Source: Anaerolineae bacterium | GTDB taxonomy: Bacteria > Chloroflexota > Anaerolineae > Fen-1058 | Assembly (NCBI GenBank): GCA_035693785.1 | Contig: DASSFZ010000212.1 | Span: 4,647 to 68,646, forward strand | Direction: 5' to 3' | Length of the DNA: 64,000 nucleotides | Shown: positions 51,819 to 63,544 of the stretch, one piece after another | Layout of the letters: every line of letters begins with the position of its first letter | How positions within the stretch are numbered: position 1 is the stretch's first letter | Program-made: the position numbers and the translations under genes | Notes under the pieces: model-generated | What the model was told of the DNA's origin: nothing | The model's database searches: none | Seen by the model: only the letters and a program-made list of their open reading frames with translations

Positions 51819-53746
51819 GGTGTGACTGACTCCTCCAGTGTCATGATGTGGACGGTCGTCTCGACAACCCCCTCACGCCCGTCGCGGTAACGCACCTCAG
51901 CCTGCACGCGCACTTCCTGGCCGCCGTCGTACATCGCCACCAGCATGTCCCGGTAGCGTTCGCTACACCGGTCTCGCCGCAGTTTGCGGGTCCGAGTCAG
52001 CTCACCTTCATCGGCATCGAACTCCTTGTGCAGCAGCACGAACTTGCGCACGCGCGCCGCTGGCGGCAAGGTGCGATTGACCTGCTCGACCTCTTTCCGG
52101 ATCAATTCGTAGACCTCCGGTTTCTGAGAGAGGTCTACGAAAGTCGTGTAGGCCAGGCCGCGCTTCTCGGCCCAGTGACCGACGTTTTCAAAGTCGATGT
52201 TGATCAAGGCCGTCACGAAGGCTTTGTCGGCCCCGCCCACCGTCATGACGTCGCGGATATAAGGGTTGAACTTGAGTCGCCCTTCGATATACTGTGGCGA
52301 ATATTTCTGGCCGCCGGCCAGCTCGATCAATTCTTTCACACGATCGAGATAGATCAGATGACCGTCTGGCCCGAAGTGACCGGCGTCGCCGGTGCGAAAC
52401 CAGCGGCGGCCTTCCTCGTCAGTGAACAAGGCTCTGGCGGTGGCTTCGGGATTCTTGTAATAGCCTTGAAAGACTGTCACACTACTCACGTGAATTTCGC
52501 CGGCATCGGAGATGCGAAGCTCCACGCCGGGAGGCGGCACGCCTACCGTCTCGAACTTCACGTCGTCTCCGATGTGCAGGGTGTGCGTCTGCGCCTCGGT
52601 CGAGCCGTACAGTTGCTTGATGCTGACGCCGATGGCGCGGAAAAAGCGTATGACATCCGGGCTGAGCGCCGCGCCGGACGAATAGGCCGACGTAACACGG
52701 GTCAGTCCCAACTTGTCGCGCAGGGGGTGGAAGACGGCGAACTCTCCCAACGCGTGAAGGAGCCGCCAGAGCAGCCCCACCGGTTGGCGCTGCTCGAATC
52801 GCAGGCCGGCCACCTTGTATCCGACGGGCATAAACATCCTGTACAACCAGCGGTTCAGCCATGAACACTCGGCCATTCTGACTTGCACCAACGCCACCAG
52901 GTTTTCCCACAGGCGGGCGCTGAAGAGCAGCGAATGGGGGGCGATTTCGCGAATATTCTCCTGCACCGTTTCCGGCGCTTCGGGAAAGTTGACCACCACG
53001 CCGAATCGCAAGTGATACGTCAGACCCAGAGCGTTTTCAGTGATCCAGGCCGGTGGCAGGAACGACACATATTCATCTGTCGGCCCGCGCGGGTCGATCT
53101 GCACACCCTGGTCGGCGCCGAGGATAAGATTCGAGTGGCTGATCATGGCCCCCTTCGGCTGGCCGGTGGTTCCCGAGGTGTAGCAGAATACCGCCAGGTC
53201 GTCGCCCTGCCCTTCGCCGACGGAACGGTCGAACAGATCGGGCTGTTCCGCGTCGAGCGACTGCCCTAGGGCCTGCACGGCTTCGAAGCTCATCAGCCAC
53301 GGATCGCTGTAACTCCACAGGCCCTTGTCGTCCCAGTAGATCACGCGGCGTACGGCCGGAATCTGATCCCGGATGTCGAGGAATTTGTCGCACTGCTCCT
53401 GGTCTTTCGCGAAGACCAACACGGTATCCGAGTGCTGGACGATGTGCTGGATCTCGGCAGGGATGCTGTCGGTGAAAATGCCAACCGCGACCCCGCCCGC
53501 CGCCTGGATGGCCAACTGCGTCCAGAAGTATTGCGGGTCATTGTCGCCGATGATGCACACTTTTTCACCGCGTTGCAGGCCCAGGCGGATCAAGCCCAGT
53601 GTCAAGCGCCTTACCTGTTCGTACGATTGCTGCCAGGTATACTCGCGCCAGATGCCCTTGTCTTTCTGGCGCATGGCGACCCTATGAGCGCCGAATTTGG
53701 GGCGGGCAGCCACCAGGCACTTGGGCAGGGTATCTACGGCGTCCAT
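51815..53746 (-). CDS. Long-chain acyl-CoA synthetase (AMP-forming) embedded in the transporter operon
   Basis: FCYTSGTTGQPKGAMISH, WFRTGDAGHF. 4-nt overlap with the downstream permease gene. Confidence 0.85.
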   Translation of the reverse strand: MDAVDTLPKCLVAARPKFGAHRVAMRQKDKGIWREYTWQQSYEQVRRLTLGLIRLGLQRGEKVCIIGDNDPQYFWTQLAIQAAGGVAVGIFTDSIPAEIQHIVQHSDTVLVFAKDQEQCDKFLDIRDQIPAVRRVIYWDDKGLWSYSDPWLMSFEAVQALGQSLDAEQPDLFDRSVGEGQGDDLAVFCYTSGTTGQPKGAMISHSNLILGADQGVQIDPRGPTDEYVSFLPPAWITENALGLTYHLRFGVVVNFPEAPETVQENIREIAPHSLLFSARLWENLVALVQVRMAECSWLNRWLYRMFMPVGYKVAGLRFEQRQPVGLLWRLLHALGEFAVFHPLRDKLGLTRVTSAYSSGAALSPDVIRFFRAIGVSIKQLYGSTEAQTHTLHIGDDVKFETVGVPPPGVELRISDAGEIHVSSVTVFQGYYKNPEATARALFTDEEGRRWFRTGDAGHFGPDGHLIYLDRVKELIELAGGQKYSPQYIEGRLKFNPYIRDVMTVGGADKAFVTALINIDFENVGHWAEKRGLAYTTFVDLSQKPEVYELIRKEVEQVNRTLPPAARVRKFVLLHKEFDADEGELTRTRKLRRDRCSERYRDMLVAMYDGGQEVRVQAEVRYRDGREGVVETTVHIMTLEESVTP

Positions 53747-53747
53747 A

Positions 53748-54524
53748 TCACTCCACCTCCCCCAGGTAAGCCTTGATCACAGCCGGGTTGTGCCGGATTT
53801 CGTCCGGTTTCCCCTCGGCGATCTTCACGCCGAAGTCCAGCACGACCACCCGGTCGGCGATGTCCATGACCAACCCCATGTCATGCTCGATGAGCAAGAT
53901 CGTCATCTTCTGGCGCTCGTGGATGTCCAGGATGAAGCGGGCCATGTCTTCCTTCTCCTCGACGTTCATCCCGGTCATCGGCTCGTCGAGAAGGAGCAAG
54001 CGAGGCTCCAGCGCCAGCGCCCGACCCAGTTCCACGCGCTTGCGCAGGCCGTAGGGCAGCGCGCCGACGATCGCCTTGCGGATGTGCTCGATTTCAAGGA
54101 AGTCGATGATGTCTTCCACGACCTGGCGATGGGCGATGTCTTCGCGGCGGGCCGCCCCCCAGTAGAGGAGACATTGAAGCAGGCCGGCGCGCATATGAAC
54201 ATGGCGCGCCGCCAACAGGTTGTCCAGTGTGCTGAGACCGGTGTACAGGGCGAGATTCTGAAAGGTGCGCGCGATGCCCCACTGGGCGATGCGATGTCGC
54301 GGCACGCGTCTGAGGTCGCGTCCTTCGAAAATAATCCGGCCTTTATCGGGTTCGTAGAAGCGGTTGAGGCAGTTCAGCGTCGAGGTCTTGCCCGCGCCGT
54401 TGGGGCCGATGAGGGCAAGGATTTCGCCACGGCAAACGTCGAAGCTGACGTCGTTGAGCGCCGTGGTGCCACCGAAACTGAGTGAAACATCCTGCACGGA
54501 CAGGTGAACGGAGTCTTCGGCCAT
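53748..54524 (-). CDS. HAAT family ABC transporter ATP-binding protein (LivG-type)
   Basis: LIGPNGAGKTSTLNCLNRFY, LLLLDEPMTGMN. Confidence 0.88.
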   Translation of the reverse strand: MAEDSVHLSVQDVSLSFGGTTALNDVSFDVCRGEILALIGPNGAGKTSTLNCLNRFYEPDKGRIIFEGRDLRRVPRHRIAQWGIARTFQNLALYTGLSTLDNLLAARHVHMRAGLLQCLLYWGAARREDIAHRQVVEDIIDFLEIEHIRKAIVGALPYGLRKRVELGRALALEPRLLLLDEPMTGMNVEEKEDMARFILDIHERQKMTILLIEHDMGLVMDIADRVVVLDFGVKIAEGKPDEIRHNPAVIKAYLGEVE

Positions 54525-54727
54525 GTGTGTCCTACATTAGAGACACTTCGTTCTGTCGCTTCGGATGGCGGAGAGGGCCAGGATATACTTCGTCAGCACC
54601 TCTTGCAAGACTAAGTGATCTGTTTTCGTGCGATATGAAAGGCTGAGGCCAACCCTTACTTCAAGCGCACCTCGCGCTCGAGGTAGCCATTCAGGTAAGC
54701 GACGGCCCGATTGACATAGGCCCTCAT

Positions 54728-54745
54728 TTCAGACCGAGCGGTCTG
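54728..54745. promoter_or_regulatory. Perfect inverted repeat (operator-like) in a divergent intergenic region
   Basis: TCAGACC-gagc-GGTCTGA. It lies in the 367-nt AT-richer spacer between livG-type (minus) and LLM oxidoreductase (plus). Confidence 0.35.
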
Positions 54746-54789
54746 ATAGTGACAGGATACTCGCGCAGAGGCGAGTTGTCAAGGTTCCG

Positions 54790-54806
54790 ATTCTGTACGT
54801 TCTGTA
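54790..54806. promoter_or_regulatory. Tandem direct repeat TTCTGTAC-g-TTCTGTAC upstream of the LLM oxidoreductase gene
   Basis: Seen directly, about 85 nt upstream of ATG 54892. Confidence 0.3.
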
Positions 54807-54891
54807 CACCGCCGCCACAACTGCCGGGTCAGGCAAGCGCGATTTTGCACATCGACCCGACTGTGTCACAATTGCCAGGGCGAGGTGGACA

Positions 54892-55917
54892 ATGAGACTC
54901 GGGATCAATCTTGGCTATTCTGGCGCAACCCTCAACCTGCCGATGGACTGGATCCAGGAAGCCGATCGCCTGGGCGTGTATGCGGTGTGGACGGCCGAAG
55001 CGTACGGCTCGGATTGCATCGCGCCCCTGGCGTGGATCGGCGCGCTCACGAAACGGATCCGTCTCGGCACGGCCATCATGCAAATGCCGGCGCGCACGCC
55101 GGCGAACGCGGCGATGACGGCGATGACGCTGGATCAGCTGTCGGGCGGACGTTTTCTGATGGGATTGGGCATGTCCGGCCCGCAAGTCGTCGAGGGCTGG
55201 CACGGTCAGGCGTACGGCAAGCCCCTGGCCAGAACCCGCGAATACGTCGGTATTATACGCGCGATCTTCAAACGCGAGAAGCCGCTCGTCCACGACGGCG
55301 AACATTATCAGATCCCCTATCGCGGCGCTGATGCGACCGGGTTGGGCAAGCCGCTGAAGAGTACGCTGCACGGAAGACCCGACATTCCGATCTACCTGGC
55401 CGCGATCGGGCCGAAGAACGTCGAGCTCGCCGCCGAGATCGGCGACGGCTGGCTGCCGATCTTTTTCGCGCCACGCCACTACGACTCGGCCTACAAGGAG
55501 CACGTCGAGGCCGGGCTGGCGAAGGCTGGTAAGCGTCCTGAACAACTTGATATCGCGCCGTCCGTCATCGTCGCGCTGGGCGAAGATGTCGATGCCTGCC
55601 GGAGTCTCGTCAAGCCTATCTTGGCGCTGTACATCGGTGGCATGGGCGCGCGCGGCAAGAACTTCTACAACGACCTGGCCTGCCGTTACGGCTACGAGGC
55701 GGCTGCGAAAGAGATTCAAGACCTTTATCTCGTTGGCCGGAAAGACGAAGCCATCGCCGCCGTGCCCGATGCGCTCGTCGACGACGTCGCGCTGTGCGGC
55801 CCGCAGGCGCGCATCGCCGAACGGCTAGAGCTGTGGCGCCAGTGCCCGGTCACCACACTCAACATCACGACGTTCACGATCGACGGACTGCGCGCGATGG
55901 TCGAGCTGGTGATGTGA
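54892..55917 (+). CDS. LLM class (probably F420-dependent) oxidoreductase
   Basis: [11 protein letters not shown]...[39 protein letters not shown]. Confidence 0.82.
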   Translation: MRLGINLGYSGATLNLPMDWIQEADRLGVYAVWTAEAYGSDCIAPLAWIGALTKRIRLGTAIMQMPARTPANAAMTAMTLDQLSGGRFLMGLGMSGPQVVEGWHGQAYGKPLARTREYVGIIRAIFKREKPLVHDGEHYQIPYRGADATGLGKPLKSTLHGRPDIPIYLAAIGPKNVELAAEIGDGWLPIFFAPRHYDSAYKEHVEAGLAKAGKRPEQLDIAPSVIVALGEDVDACRSLVKPILALYIGGMGARGKNFYNDLACRYGYEAAAKEIQDLYLVGRKDEAIAAVPDALVDDVALCGPQARIAERLELWRQCPVTTLNITTFTIDGLRAMVELVM

Positions 55918-55947
55918 ACATCACCGGTGAACGTTCGTATCGCCAAC

Positions 55948-57612
55948 TCAGGTCTTCTTCGCTTTCTCGCGCTCCTGCAGCGCCCGCCACATGATCTTGC
56001 CGGTAGCCGACTTGGGCAGAGTGTCCACGAACTCTACGATACGCGGATATTTGTAGGCCGCCATGTTCTGGGCCGCCCAGTCGATGATGTCCTGCTCGGT
56101 GACCGTGCCGTGGGCGTCTGGCTTGAGCACGACCAGCGCTTTGACGGTCTCGCCGCGACGGGCATCCTCGACGCCGATGATGCAAGCCTCCTGGATCGCC
56201 GGATGCTGGTACATCATAACCTCCACTTCCGCCGGCCAGACCTTGTAACCGGCGGCGTTGATCATGCGCTTCAGGCGATCCACAATGAAGAAGTAACCGT
56301 CCTCGTCGATGCAGCCCAGGTCGCCGGTACGGAAAAAGCGCTTGCCGTCCATGTCGAGGAAGGCCTCCTCAGTCGCGCGCGGGTTGTTCCAGTAACCGAG
56401 GAATACTTGGGGGCCTGAAACCACGATCTCGCCTACCTCGCCCGGCGGCAGCTCGCGGAAGGTCTCGATATCCACCACGCGCGCCTCGGTGTCGAAGATA
56501 GGAATGCCGAGGCATTGTTTTTTGGGTCGATCGGGCGGATTGATGTGGGTCGGCGCCATGGTCTCCGTAAGCCCGTAGCCCTCGACGTAGGTGAGGCCGC
56601 ACAGGTCCTGCAGGCGCTGGGCGATGGCTTCGGGCATCGCAGCGCCGCCGCCGGCCACGTGCATGATGCTGGATAGATCGAATTCCGTGACTTTGGGGTT
56701 GCTCAGAAAATCCACGATCATCGTCGGAATGTTGGTCCAGCCGGTTACTTTGTAACGCTGGATCAGCTGGCCCGCCACCTCGCGGTCCCAGCGCGGCAGC
56801 AAGACCACGGTGCTGCCGCTATACAGGGGACTATTCATACTGCCCTGCATGCCGGTGACATGAAAGAATGGTAACACCGCCAGTGCCACCGCGTCCTGGT
56901 TGGTCTGGAACCACTCGACATTCGCCACCAGCGTGTGCATCACCGTGCGGTGAGTATGCATGCAGCCTTTGGGACGACCCGTAGTGCCGGAAGTATAGGG
57001 CATGACGCACAAATCATCCGGCCCGGCGATCAGCGGCCCGGGGCGGTGATTGCGTGCCAGAGCCTCGCTCCACAAAGTCACGCCCGCATCCCGGATGTTC
57101 TGTCGTGGCGCGCTGATGAATTCGGGCACGCGCAGGTCGGTCGCTTGCCTGAGGTAGTCCGAATAGGCAGCCAGCACCACTTGCTTGAGACCCTCGCTAA
57201 TGAGCGGCTTCACCTGCGGATACAGTTCCTGGGAAGTCACCATCGTGGTGGCCCCGCTGTCGGTCACGTAAGAGCGCAGCTCGTGGGTGAGGTTCATGGG
57301 ATTGATAGGCACCACCACCGCATTGGCGCGCAGGATGGCGTAAAAGGCCAGCACGAATTGGGGGCTGTTTTGCATGAACAGCAGCACCCGGTCGCCCTTT
57401 TTGATGCCGCACTCGTGCTCCAGAAATCCCGCCAGACGTTCGGCCCCATCCTTGAATTCGGCGAAGCTGATCGCCGTGTCGTAGTAAATGAGGTAGGGCT
57501 TGTTCGGGTAGCGCGTGGCCGAGACTTCCACGTTGTAAAACAGGTTGGTCTCGGGCGCCGTCAGGTGACGCGGTACGGTTCTGGGCCAATGGGCGAAATG
57601 TCGTTGCGACAC
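55948..57612 (-). CDS. Long/medium-chain fatty-acid-CoA ligase (FadD-like)
   Basis: [53 protein letters not shown]. The ORF-track N-terminus (to 58026) overlaps the upstream ACAD. Start moved to GTG 57612 ([10 protein letters not shown]), with GGAGGA upstream. Confidence 0.85.
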   Translation of the reverse strand: MSQRHFAHWPRTVPRHLTAPETNLFYNVEVSATRYPNKPYLIYYDTAISFAEFKDGAERLAGFLEHECGIKKGDRVLLFMQNSPQFVLAFYAILRANAVVVPINPMNLTHELRSYVTDSGATTMVTSQELYPQVKPLISEGLKQVVLAAYSDYLRQATDLRVPEFISAPRQNIRDAGVTLWSEALARNHRPGPLIAGPDDLCVMPYTSGTTGRPKGCMHTHRTVMHTLVANVEWFQTNQDAVALAVLPFFHVTGMQGSMNSPLYSGSTVVLLPRWDREVAGQLIQRYKVTGWTNIPTMIVDFLSNPKVTEFDLSSIMHVAGGGAAMPEAIAQRLQDLCGLTYVEGYGLTETMAPTHINPPDRPKKQCLGIPIFDTEARVVDIETFRELPPGEVGEIVVSGPQVFLGYWNNPRATEEAFLDMDGKRFFRTGDLGCIDEDGYFFIVDRLKRMINAAGYKVWPAEVEVMMYQHPAIQEACIIGVEDARRGETVKALVVLKPDAHGTVTEQDIIDWAAQNMAAYKYPRIVEFVDTLPKSATGKIMWRALQEREKAKKT

Positions 57613-57650
57613 GGCTCTTCCTCCCCTTATCCTCCCTGATTGGAAAGCCC

Positions 57651-58871
<1,221 letters not shown>

Positions 58872-58928
58872 TGGCCTTCCTCCTGTCGGTCGGCGGATGT
58901 GGGTCGACGGCGAAAGCGCCTGCCGCGC

Positions 58929-59999
58929 TCAATTCCTCTCGGCCATGATTCTCTCCACTTGACGCCAGGCTGCCTCGCTGAGAGCGCGCGCGCGGCGACC
59001 GGTCTCCAGGGCATTCTGGTTCGAGGCGTTTCCCTGCAACGCCCGCGCCAGCACCCCCTGCAAAATGGCGGCGAGCCGAAACATGTTGAACGCCATATAG
59101 TATTCCCATTCGTGCTCCGGCACAGGCTCGCGCCCCACACGGCGACAATAGGCTGCCACGTATTCCGCCTCGCTTGGGATACCCAGAGCCTTGACGTCCG
59201 CGCCCGCCAGACCACGGAACTCACCCGGCGACATGCGCCAAACGATGCAGTGGTAGGCGAAGTCGGACATGGGGTGCCCCAGGGTGGACAATTCCCAATC
59301 GAGCACCGCCAGGGCGCGCGGCTCCCTGGGATGGAAAACGACGTTGTCGATGCGGAAATCGCCGTGCACGATGCGGGTCTCGTCATCGGCGGGAATATGC
59401 TGCGGCAACCAGTCGATGAGATTGTCCATGGCCTCGATGGTCTCGGTCTCCGAGGCGCGATACTGTTTGGCCCAACGGTTGATCTGGCGCGCAAAGTAGC
59501 TGCCCGGTTTGCCGTAGTCTCCCAGACCGACAGCCTGGTAGTCAACGCGATGCAGTGCGGCGATGACCCGGTTCATCTCGTCGAAGATGGACGCGCGCTC
59601 AGCCGGCGTCGCCCCCGGTAGAGCGGGATCCCAAAAGATGCGGCCCTCGACATACTCCATAATGTAGAACGCCGTGCCGATCACCGATTCATCTGTGCAC
59701 AGCGCGTACGTCTTCGCCACAGGCACGTCGGTCGCGGCCAGCGCGGTGATGACGCGGTATTCGCGATCGACCGCGTGGGCAGAAGGCAGTAGCCTGCCGG
59801 GGGGCTTCCTGCGCATCACATAGGATTTGCCGCCGGCGCGGACGAGATACGTCGGGTTGGACTGCCCGCCCTTGAACTGCTCCACTTCGATCGGACCGGC
59901 AAAATCCTCCACGTTCTGACGCATGTACTCGGCCAACCGCTCTGTGTCGAAGCGGTGCGCTTCCCGAACTGACGTCGTGCCTACGAGACTTCTGCTCAC
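58929..59999 (-). CDS. Phosphotransferase (APH/choline-kinase fold) family protein
   Basis: GGQSNPTYLV, catalytic loop HGDFRIDNVVFHP, LDWELSTLGHP. Confidence 0.85.
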   Translation of the reverse strand: MSRSLVGTTSVREAHRFDTERLAEYMRQNVEDFAGPIEVEQFKGGQSNPTYLVRAGGKSYVMRRKPPGRLLPSAHAVDREYRVITALAATDVPVAKTYALCTDESVIGTAFYIMEYVEGRIFWDPALPGATPAERASIFDEMNRVIAALHRVDYQAVGLGDYGKPGSYFARQINRWAKQYRASETETIEAMDNLIDWLPQHIPADDETRIVHGDFRIDNVVFHPREPRALAVLDWELSTLGHPMSDFAYHCIVWRMSPGEFRGLAGADVKALGIPSEAEYVAAYCRRVGREPVPEHEWEYYMAFNMFRLAAILQGVLARALQGNASNQNALETGRRARALSEAAWRQVERIMAERN

Positions 60000-60053
60000 G
60001 CCGTTTCTCCCTTCTTGCGCGCCCGCGCCTGCAATTCCGCAATTATCGAGACC

Positions 60054-61055
60054 TCAGATCAGCTTGACGAGTTGCTTGCCGAGGTTTTTGCCAGCCAACA
60101 TTCCGATGAAAGCTTCCGGCGCGCTTCGCAGTCCTTCGGCCACCGTCTCGCGATACTTGATCTTTCCTTCGGACACCCATTGAGCCAGCTCCTTGATCAC
60201 GACCGGCCAGCGCGCCGAATGATCAAAGATGAGGAAGCCTTGCAGCTTGATGCGATTGATCAGCAGGCTGCGAGTGTTTTTCACGCCGTACGGCTGGGTG
60301 GCGTTGTACTGCGAGATCACTCCGCACAGCGGGATGCGCCCGAACGGGTTCATGCGGCGCAGGATGGTATCCAGTATTTCGCCACCCACGTTGTCGAAGT
60401 AGACGTCGATACCCTGGGGCGTGGCTTCCTTCACATCTTCCCACAACCGGCCCGTTTTGTAGTCCACGCAGGCATCGAAGCCCAATTCTTCGACTACGTA
60501 GCGGCATTTTTCCGGCCCGCCGGCAATACCCACGGTGCGACAACCGTGAATCCTGGCGATCTGTCCGACTACACCGCCGACCGCGCCGCCGGCGGCCGAC
60601 ACGACCACCGTCTCGCCGCTCTTCGGCTGCCCAATATCGAGCAACCCGACATACGCCGTCACGCCGGGCATACCCACGACGCCCAGGTAAGCCGAAAGCG
60701 GGAGGTTGCGGTCCGTGATCTTACGTACGCCCGCGCCGTCGCTCACAGCATAGAGCTGCCAGCCGAAGTTACCCACGACCATGTCGCCCGCTTTGAACTT
60801 CGGATGGCGCGAGGTCACCACTTGGCCCACGGCGCCGCCGATCATCACCTCGCCCAACTCAACCGGCTTGGCGTACGACTTCGCCTCGCTCATGCGACCG
60901 CGCATGTAGGGATCGAGTGAGAGATAGTGACTGCGCACCAGGAACTGCCCGTCGCCGATTTCCGGCACGGCCGTCTCAACCCACCGGAAGTCACTTGTCT
61001 GCGGCGCGCCGGTCGGGCGATGAGCCAGAAGGATCTGTTGATTCAGCTCGCTCAT
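60054..61055 (-). CDS. NADP-dependent oxidoreductase (medium-chain reductase, YncB/CurA/PTGR1-like)
   Basis: FLVRSHYLSLDPYMRGRM, VVSAAGGAVGGVVGQIA. Confidence 0.82.
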   Translation of the reverse strand: MSELNQQILLAHRPTGAPQTSDFRWVETAVPEIGDGQFLVRSHYLSLDPYMRGRMSEAKSYAKPVELGEVMIGGAVGQVVTSRHPKFKAGDMVVGNFGWQLYAVSDGAGVRKITDRNLPLSAYLGVVGMPGVTAYVGLLDIGQPKSGETVVVSAAGGAVGGVVGQIARIHGCRTVGIAGGPEKCRYVVEELGFDACVDYKTGRLWEDVKEATPQGIDVYFDNVGGEILDTILRRMNPFGRIPLCGVISQYNATQPYGVKNTRSLLINRIKLQGFLIFDHSARWPVVIKELAQWVSEGKIKYRETVAEGLRSAPEAFIGMLAGKNLGKQLVKLI

Positions 61056-61480
61056 GCATTTTTCCTCTTGGATCGGGACGATGTCCTATGCCGGCGGCGA
61101 CGCAGCTTGAAGGTGCCGATGGCCTTGGCCACGAGCCGGCCGCTGTCGTCGCGTACCTCGCCTTCGCAAAACACCAGTGCGCGGCCGTTACGCAGCACCC
61201 GGCCCTCGGCTGTCAGCCGGCCCGCGCCAGACTTCATGAAGTTAACCGACATCTCCACCGTCACTACTCCCTCGGCATGATCGTTGACGCTGCGTGCCGC
61301 CGCGGCCATCGACACGTCGAGCAGCGCCACGACCACGGCGCCGTGGGCCACTTCCCAACTGTTCGTAAGCTCGTGCCGAACATCGAGCGACACCACGGCC
61401 CGCCCCTTTTCCCGATGCTCGGCTTGCACGCCCAACAGCTCGAGGAAGGGGATAGACAGGCCAAAGAACGATTTTTCCAC
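61052..61480 (-). CDS. PaaI/4HBT-type hotdog thioesterase
   Basis: ~140 aa. VAHGAVVVALLDVSMAAAA, GRALVFCEGEVRDDSGRLVAKAIGTF. Confidence 0.75.
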   Translation of the reverse strand: MEKSFFGLSIPFLELLGVQAEHREKGRAVVSLDVRHELTNSWEVAHGAVVVALLDVSMAAAARSVNDHAEGVVTVEMSVNFMKSGAGRLTAEGRVLRNGRALVFCEGEVRDDSGRLVAKAIGTFKLRRRRHRTSSRSKRKNA

Positions 61481-61489
61481 AAGGCACCA

Positions 61490-62263
61490 TCACGCGATCG
61501 ATGCGCCGCCGTCCACGACGATGGTCTGGCCGGTGATGTGGCGCGAGGCTTCGGAAGCCAGGAACGCGATCACACCTTTCAAATCCTCGTCACCTCCGAT
61601 CCGCTGGAGCGGTGTCGCGGCGATGACGGCCGGCGTTATCTGCTCCAGTACTCCCCGCGACATCTTGGTGGGGAAAAACCCAGGACAGATGGCGTTCACG
61701 TTGATATTGTACTTCCCCCACTCCGCCGCCAACGCGCGCGTGAAATTGACCACGGCACCCTTACTGGTGTTGTAGGCGATGGTCCTCACACCTAGCGAAT
61801 TGCCGCTCAACCCGGAGACCGAAGCGATGTTCACGATCTTACCCGCGCGCTTCGGAATCATGCAGCGCTTTCCCACCTCCTGTGTCAAGAAGAACAGGCC
61901 ATTGACGTTGAGGTTGATCACCTTGTGCCAGCCCTCGGCCGGATAATCCTCGGCCGGCGCGCCCCATGTCGCCCCGGCGTTGTTGACCAGAATATCGATG
62001 TCGCCGAGTCCGCTCACAACCTGATCGACCAGACCGGGAATAGTATCGAACTTGGACAGGTCGTTGACGATAGTCAGGGCATCGATGCCCAGCTTCTCCA
62101 GATGGGCGGCCGCCTGCTCCAGCTCGGCCGATTTGCGCGCGGTGATCGCCACCCTGGCGCCCATTTCGCCCAGGGCTTCGGCCATCTGCAGTCCCAGCCC
62201 ACGCGAACCGCCGGTAATGAGAGCCGCTTTGCCGCCGATATCAAATAGCTCCTTCACGCCCAT
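61490..62263 (-). CDS. SDR family oxidoreductase
   Basis: ITGGSRGLGLQMAEAL, NNAG, YNTSKGAVVNFTRALA. Confidence 0.88.
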   Translation of the reverse strand: MGVKELFDIGGKAALITGGSRGLGLQMAEALGEMGARVAITARKSAELEQAAAHLEKLGIDALTIVNDLSKFDTIPGLVDQVVSGLGDIDILVNNAGATWGAPAEDYPAEGWHKVINLNVNGLFFLTQEVGKRCMIPKRAGKIVNIASVSGLSGNSLGVRTIAYNTSKGAVVNFTRALAAEWGKYNINVNAICPGFFPTKMSRGVLEQITPAVIAATPLQRIGGDEDLKGVIAFLASEASRHITGQTIVVDGGASIA

Positions 62264-62287
62264 TCTGGATTCCTTTCTGCGTTCCCC

Positions 62288-63466
62288 TTACGCCACTTCG
62301 AACAGGCCGGCGGCTCCCATGCCGCCGCCGACGCACATGGTGGTTACGACGTACTTCGCGCCACGGCGCTTGCCCTCGATCAGTGCGTGGCCCACCAGAC
62401 GCGCGCCGGATACACCGTAGGGATGCCCCACGGCGATCGCGCCGCCGTCGACGTTGAGCATGTCGTTTGGAATGCCGAGGCGGTCGCGGCAATAGATCAC
62501 CTGCACGGCAAAGGCTTCGTTCATCTCCCACAAATCGATATCCTCTATCCTCTTGCCCGCCCGCTCGAGCAGCTTCGGAACCGCGAAGACGGGACCAATG
62601 CCCATCTCATCAGGCTCACAACCGGCCACGGCGAAGCCACGGAAGATGCCCAGCGGCTGCAACCCTTTCTTCTCGGCAACTTTGGCATTCATCACCACCG
62701 CAGCCGAAGCGCCATCGGAGAACTGGCTGGCGTTGCCGGCGGCGATCACGCCGCCCGGCAGCGCCGGCCTGATCTTGGACACACCTTCGTAGGTGGTGTC
62801 GGGACGGATACCCTCGTCTGCCGCGAGTGTCACCTCTTTTGTATACAGGCGACCGGACGCCTTATCCGCCACACCCATCGTCACCGTGATCGGCACGATT
62901 TCATCATCGAACTTGCCCGCGGCCGCGGCTGCCGCCGCGCGTTGCTGGCTCTGCACGCCGTACTCGTCCTGTTTTTCGCGCGGAATGTTGTAGCGCTGGG
63001 ACACGTTCTCCGCCGTCTGCAACATCGACCAGAAGATCTCTGGCTTTTTCTCCAGCAGCCAGGGTTCGCGCGCCATATGTCTGTTCGCCTCGTTCTGCAC
63101 GCAGGAGATGGACTCCACACCGCCGGCCACGAAGATGTCCCCTTCGCCGGCTATGATGCGCTGGGCGGCCATGACGATCGTCTGCAGGCCGGACGAGCAG
63201 AAGCGGTTGACCGTCGCACCCGGCACCGTGACCGGGCACCCGGCGCGCAGCGCGATCTGACGGGCGATGTTGCCGCCAGTGGTGCCTTCAGGGAGGGCAC
63301 AGCCCATCAACACATCCTCGACCTCCCCCGGGTCGAGTTCGGCGCGTTCGATGGCATGCTTGACGACATGTCCGCCGATCGTCGCGCCGTGGGTCATGTT
63401 GAGCGATCCGCGCCAGGATTTGGCCAGGCCGGTGCGTGCGGTAGAAACGACTACTGCTTCGTTCAT
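62288..63466 (-). CDS. Acetyl-CoA C-acyltransferase (thiolase)
   Basis: [11 protein letters not shown] (active Cys), [31 protein letters not shown]. Confidence 0.92.
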   Translation of the reverse strand: MNEAVVVSTARTGLAKSWRGSLNMTHGATIGGHVVKHAIERAELDPGEVEDVLMGCALPEGTTGGNIARQIALRAGCPVTVPGATVNRFCSSGLQTIVMAAQRIIAGEGDIFVAGGVESISCVQNEANRHMAREPWLLEKKPEIFWSMLQTAENVSQRYNIPREKQDEYGVQSQQRAAAAAAAGKFDDEIVPITVTMGVADKASGRLYTKEVTLAADEGIRPDTTYEGVSKIRPALPGGVIAAGNASQFSDGASAAVVMNAKVAEKKGLQPLGIFRGFAVAGCEPDEMGIGPVFAVPKLLERAGKRIEDIDLWEMNEAFAVQVIYCRDRLGIPNDMLNVDGGAIAVGHPYGVSGARLVGHALIEGKRRGAKYVVTTMCVGGGMGAAGLFEVA

Positions 63467-63500
63467 GATGTCACTCCTGGAGAATGAGAGGACCCATCAA

Positions 63501-63544
63501 CCCTCGGAGCGCAGACAAGGTGCTCGTCTTGTGCGCTCCGAGGG
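63501..63544. other. Long imperfect hairpin between the 3-hydroxyacyl-CoA dehydrogenase and thiolase genes
   Basis: CCCTCGGAGCGCA(ga)CAAG-gtgctcgt-CTTGTGCGCTCCGAGGG: 13+4 bp stem with a 2-nt bulge. It abuts the stop codon at 63545-63547. No U-tract follows on the coding strand. Confidence 0.6.
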
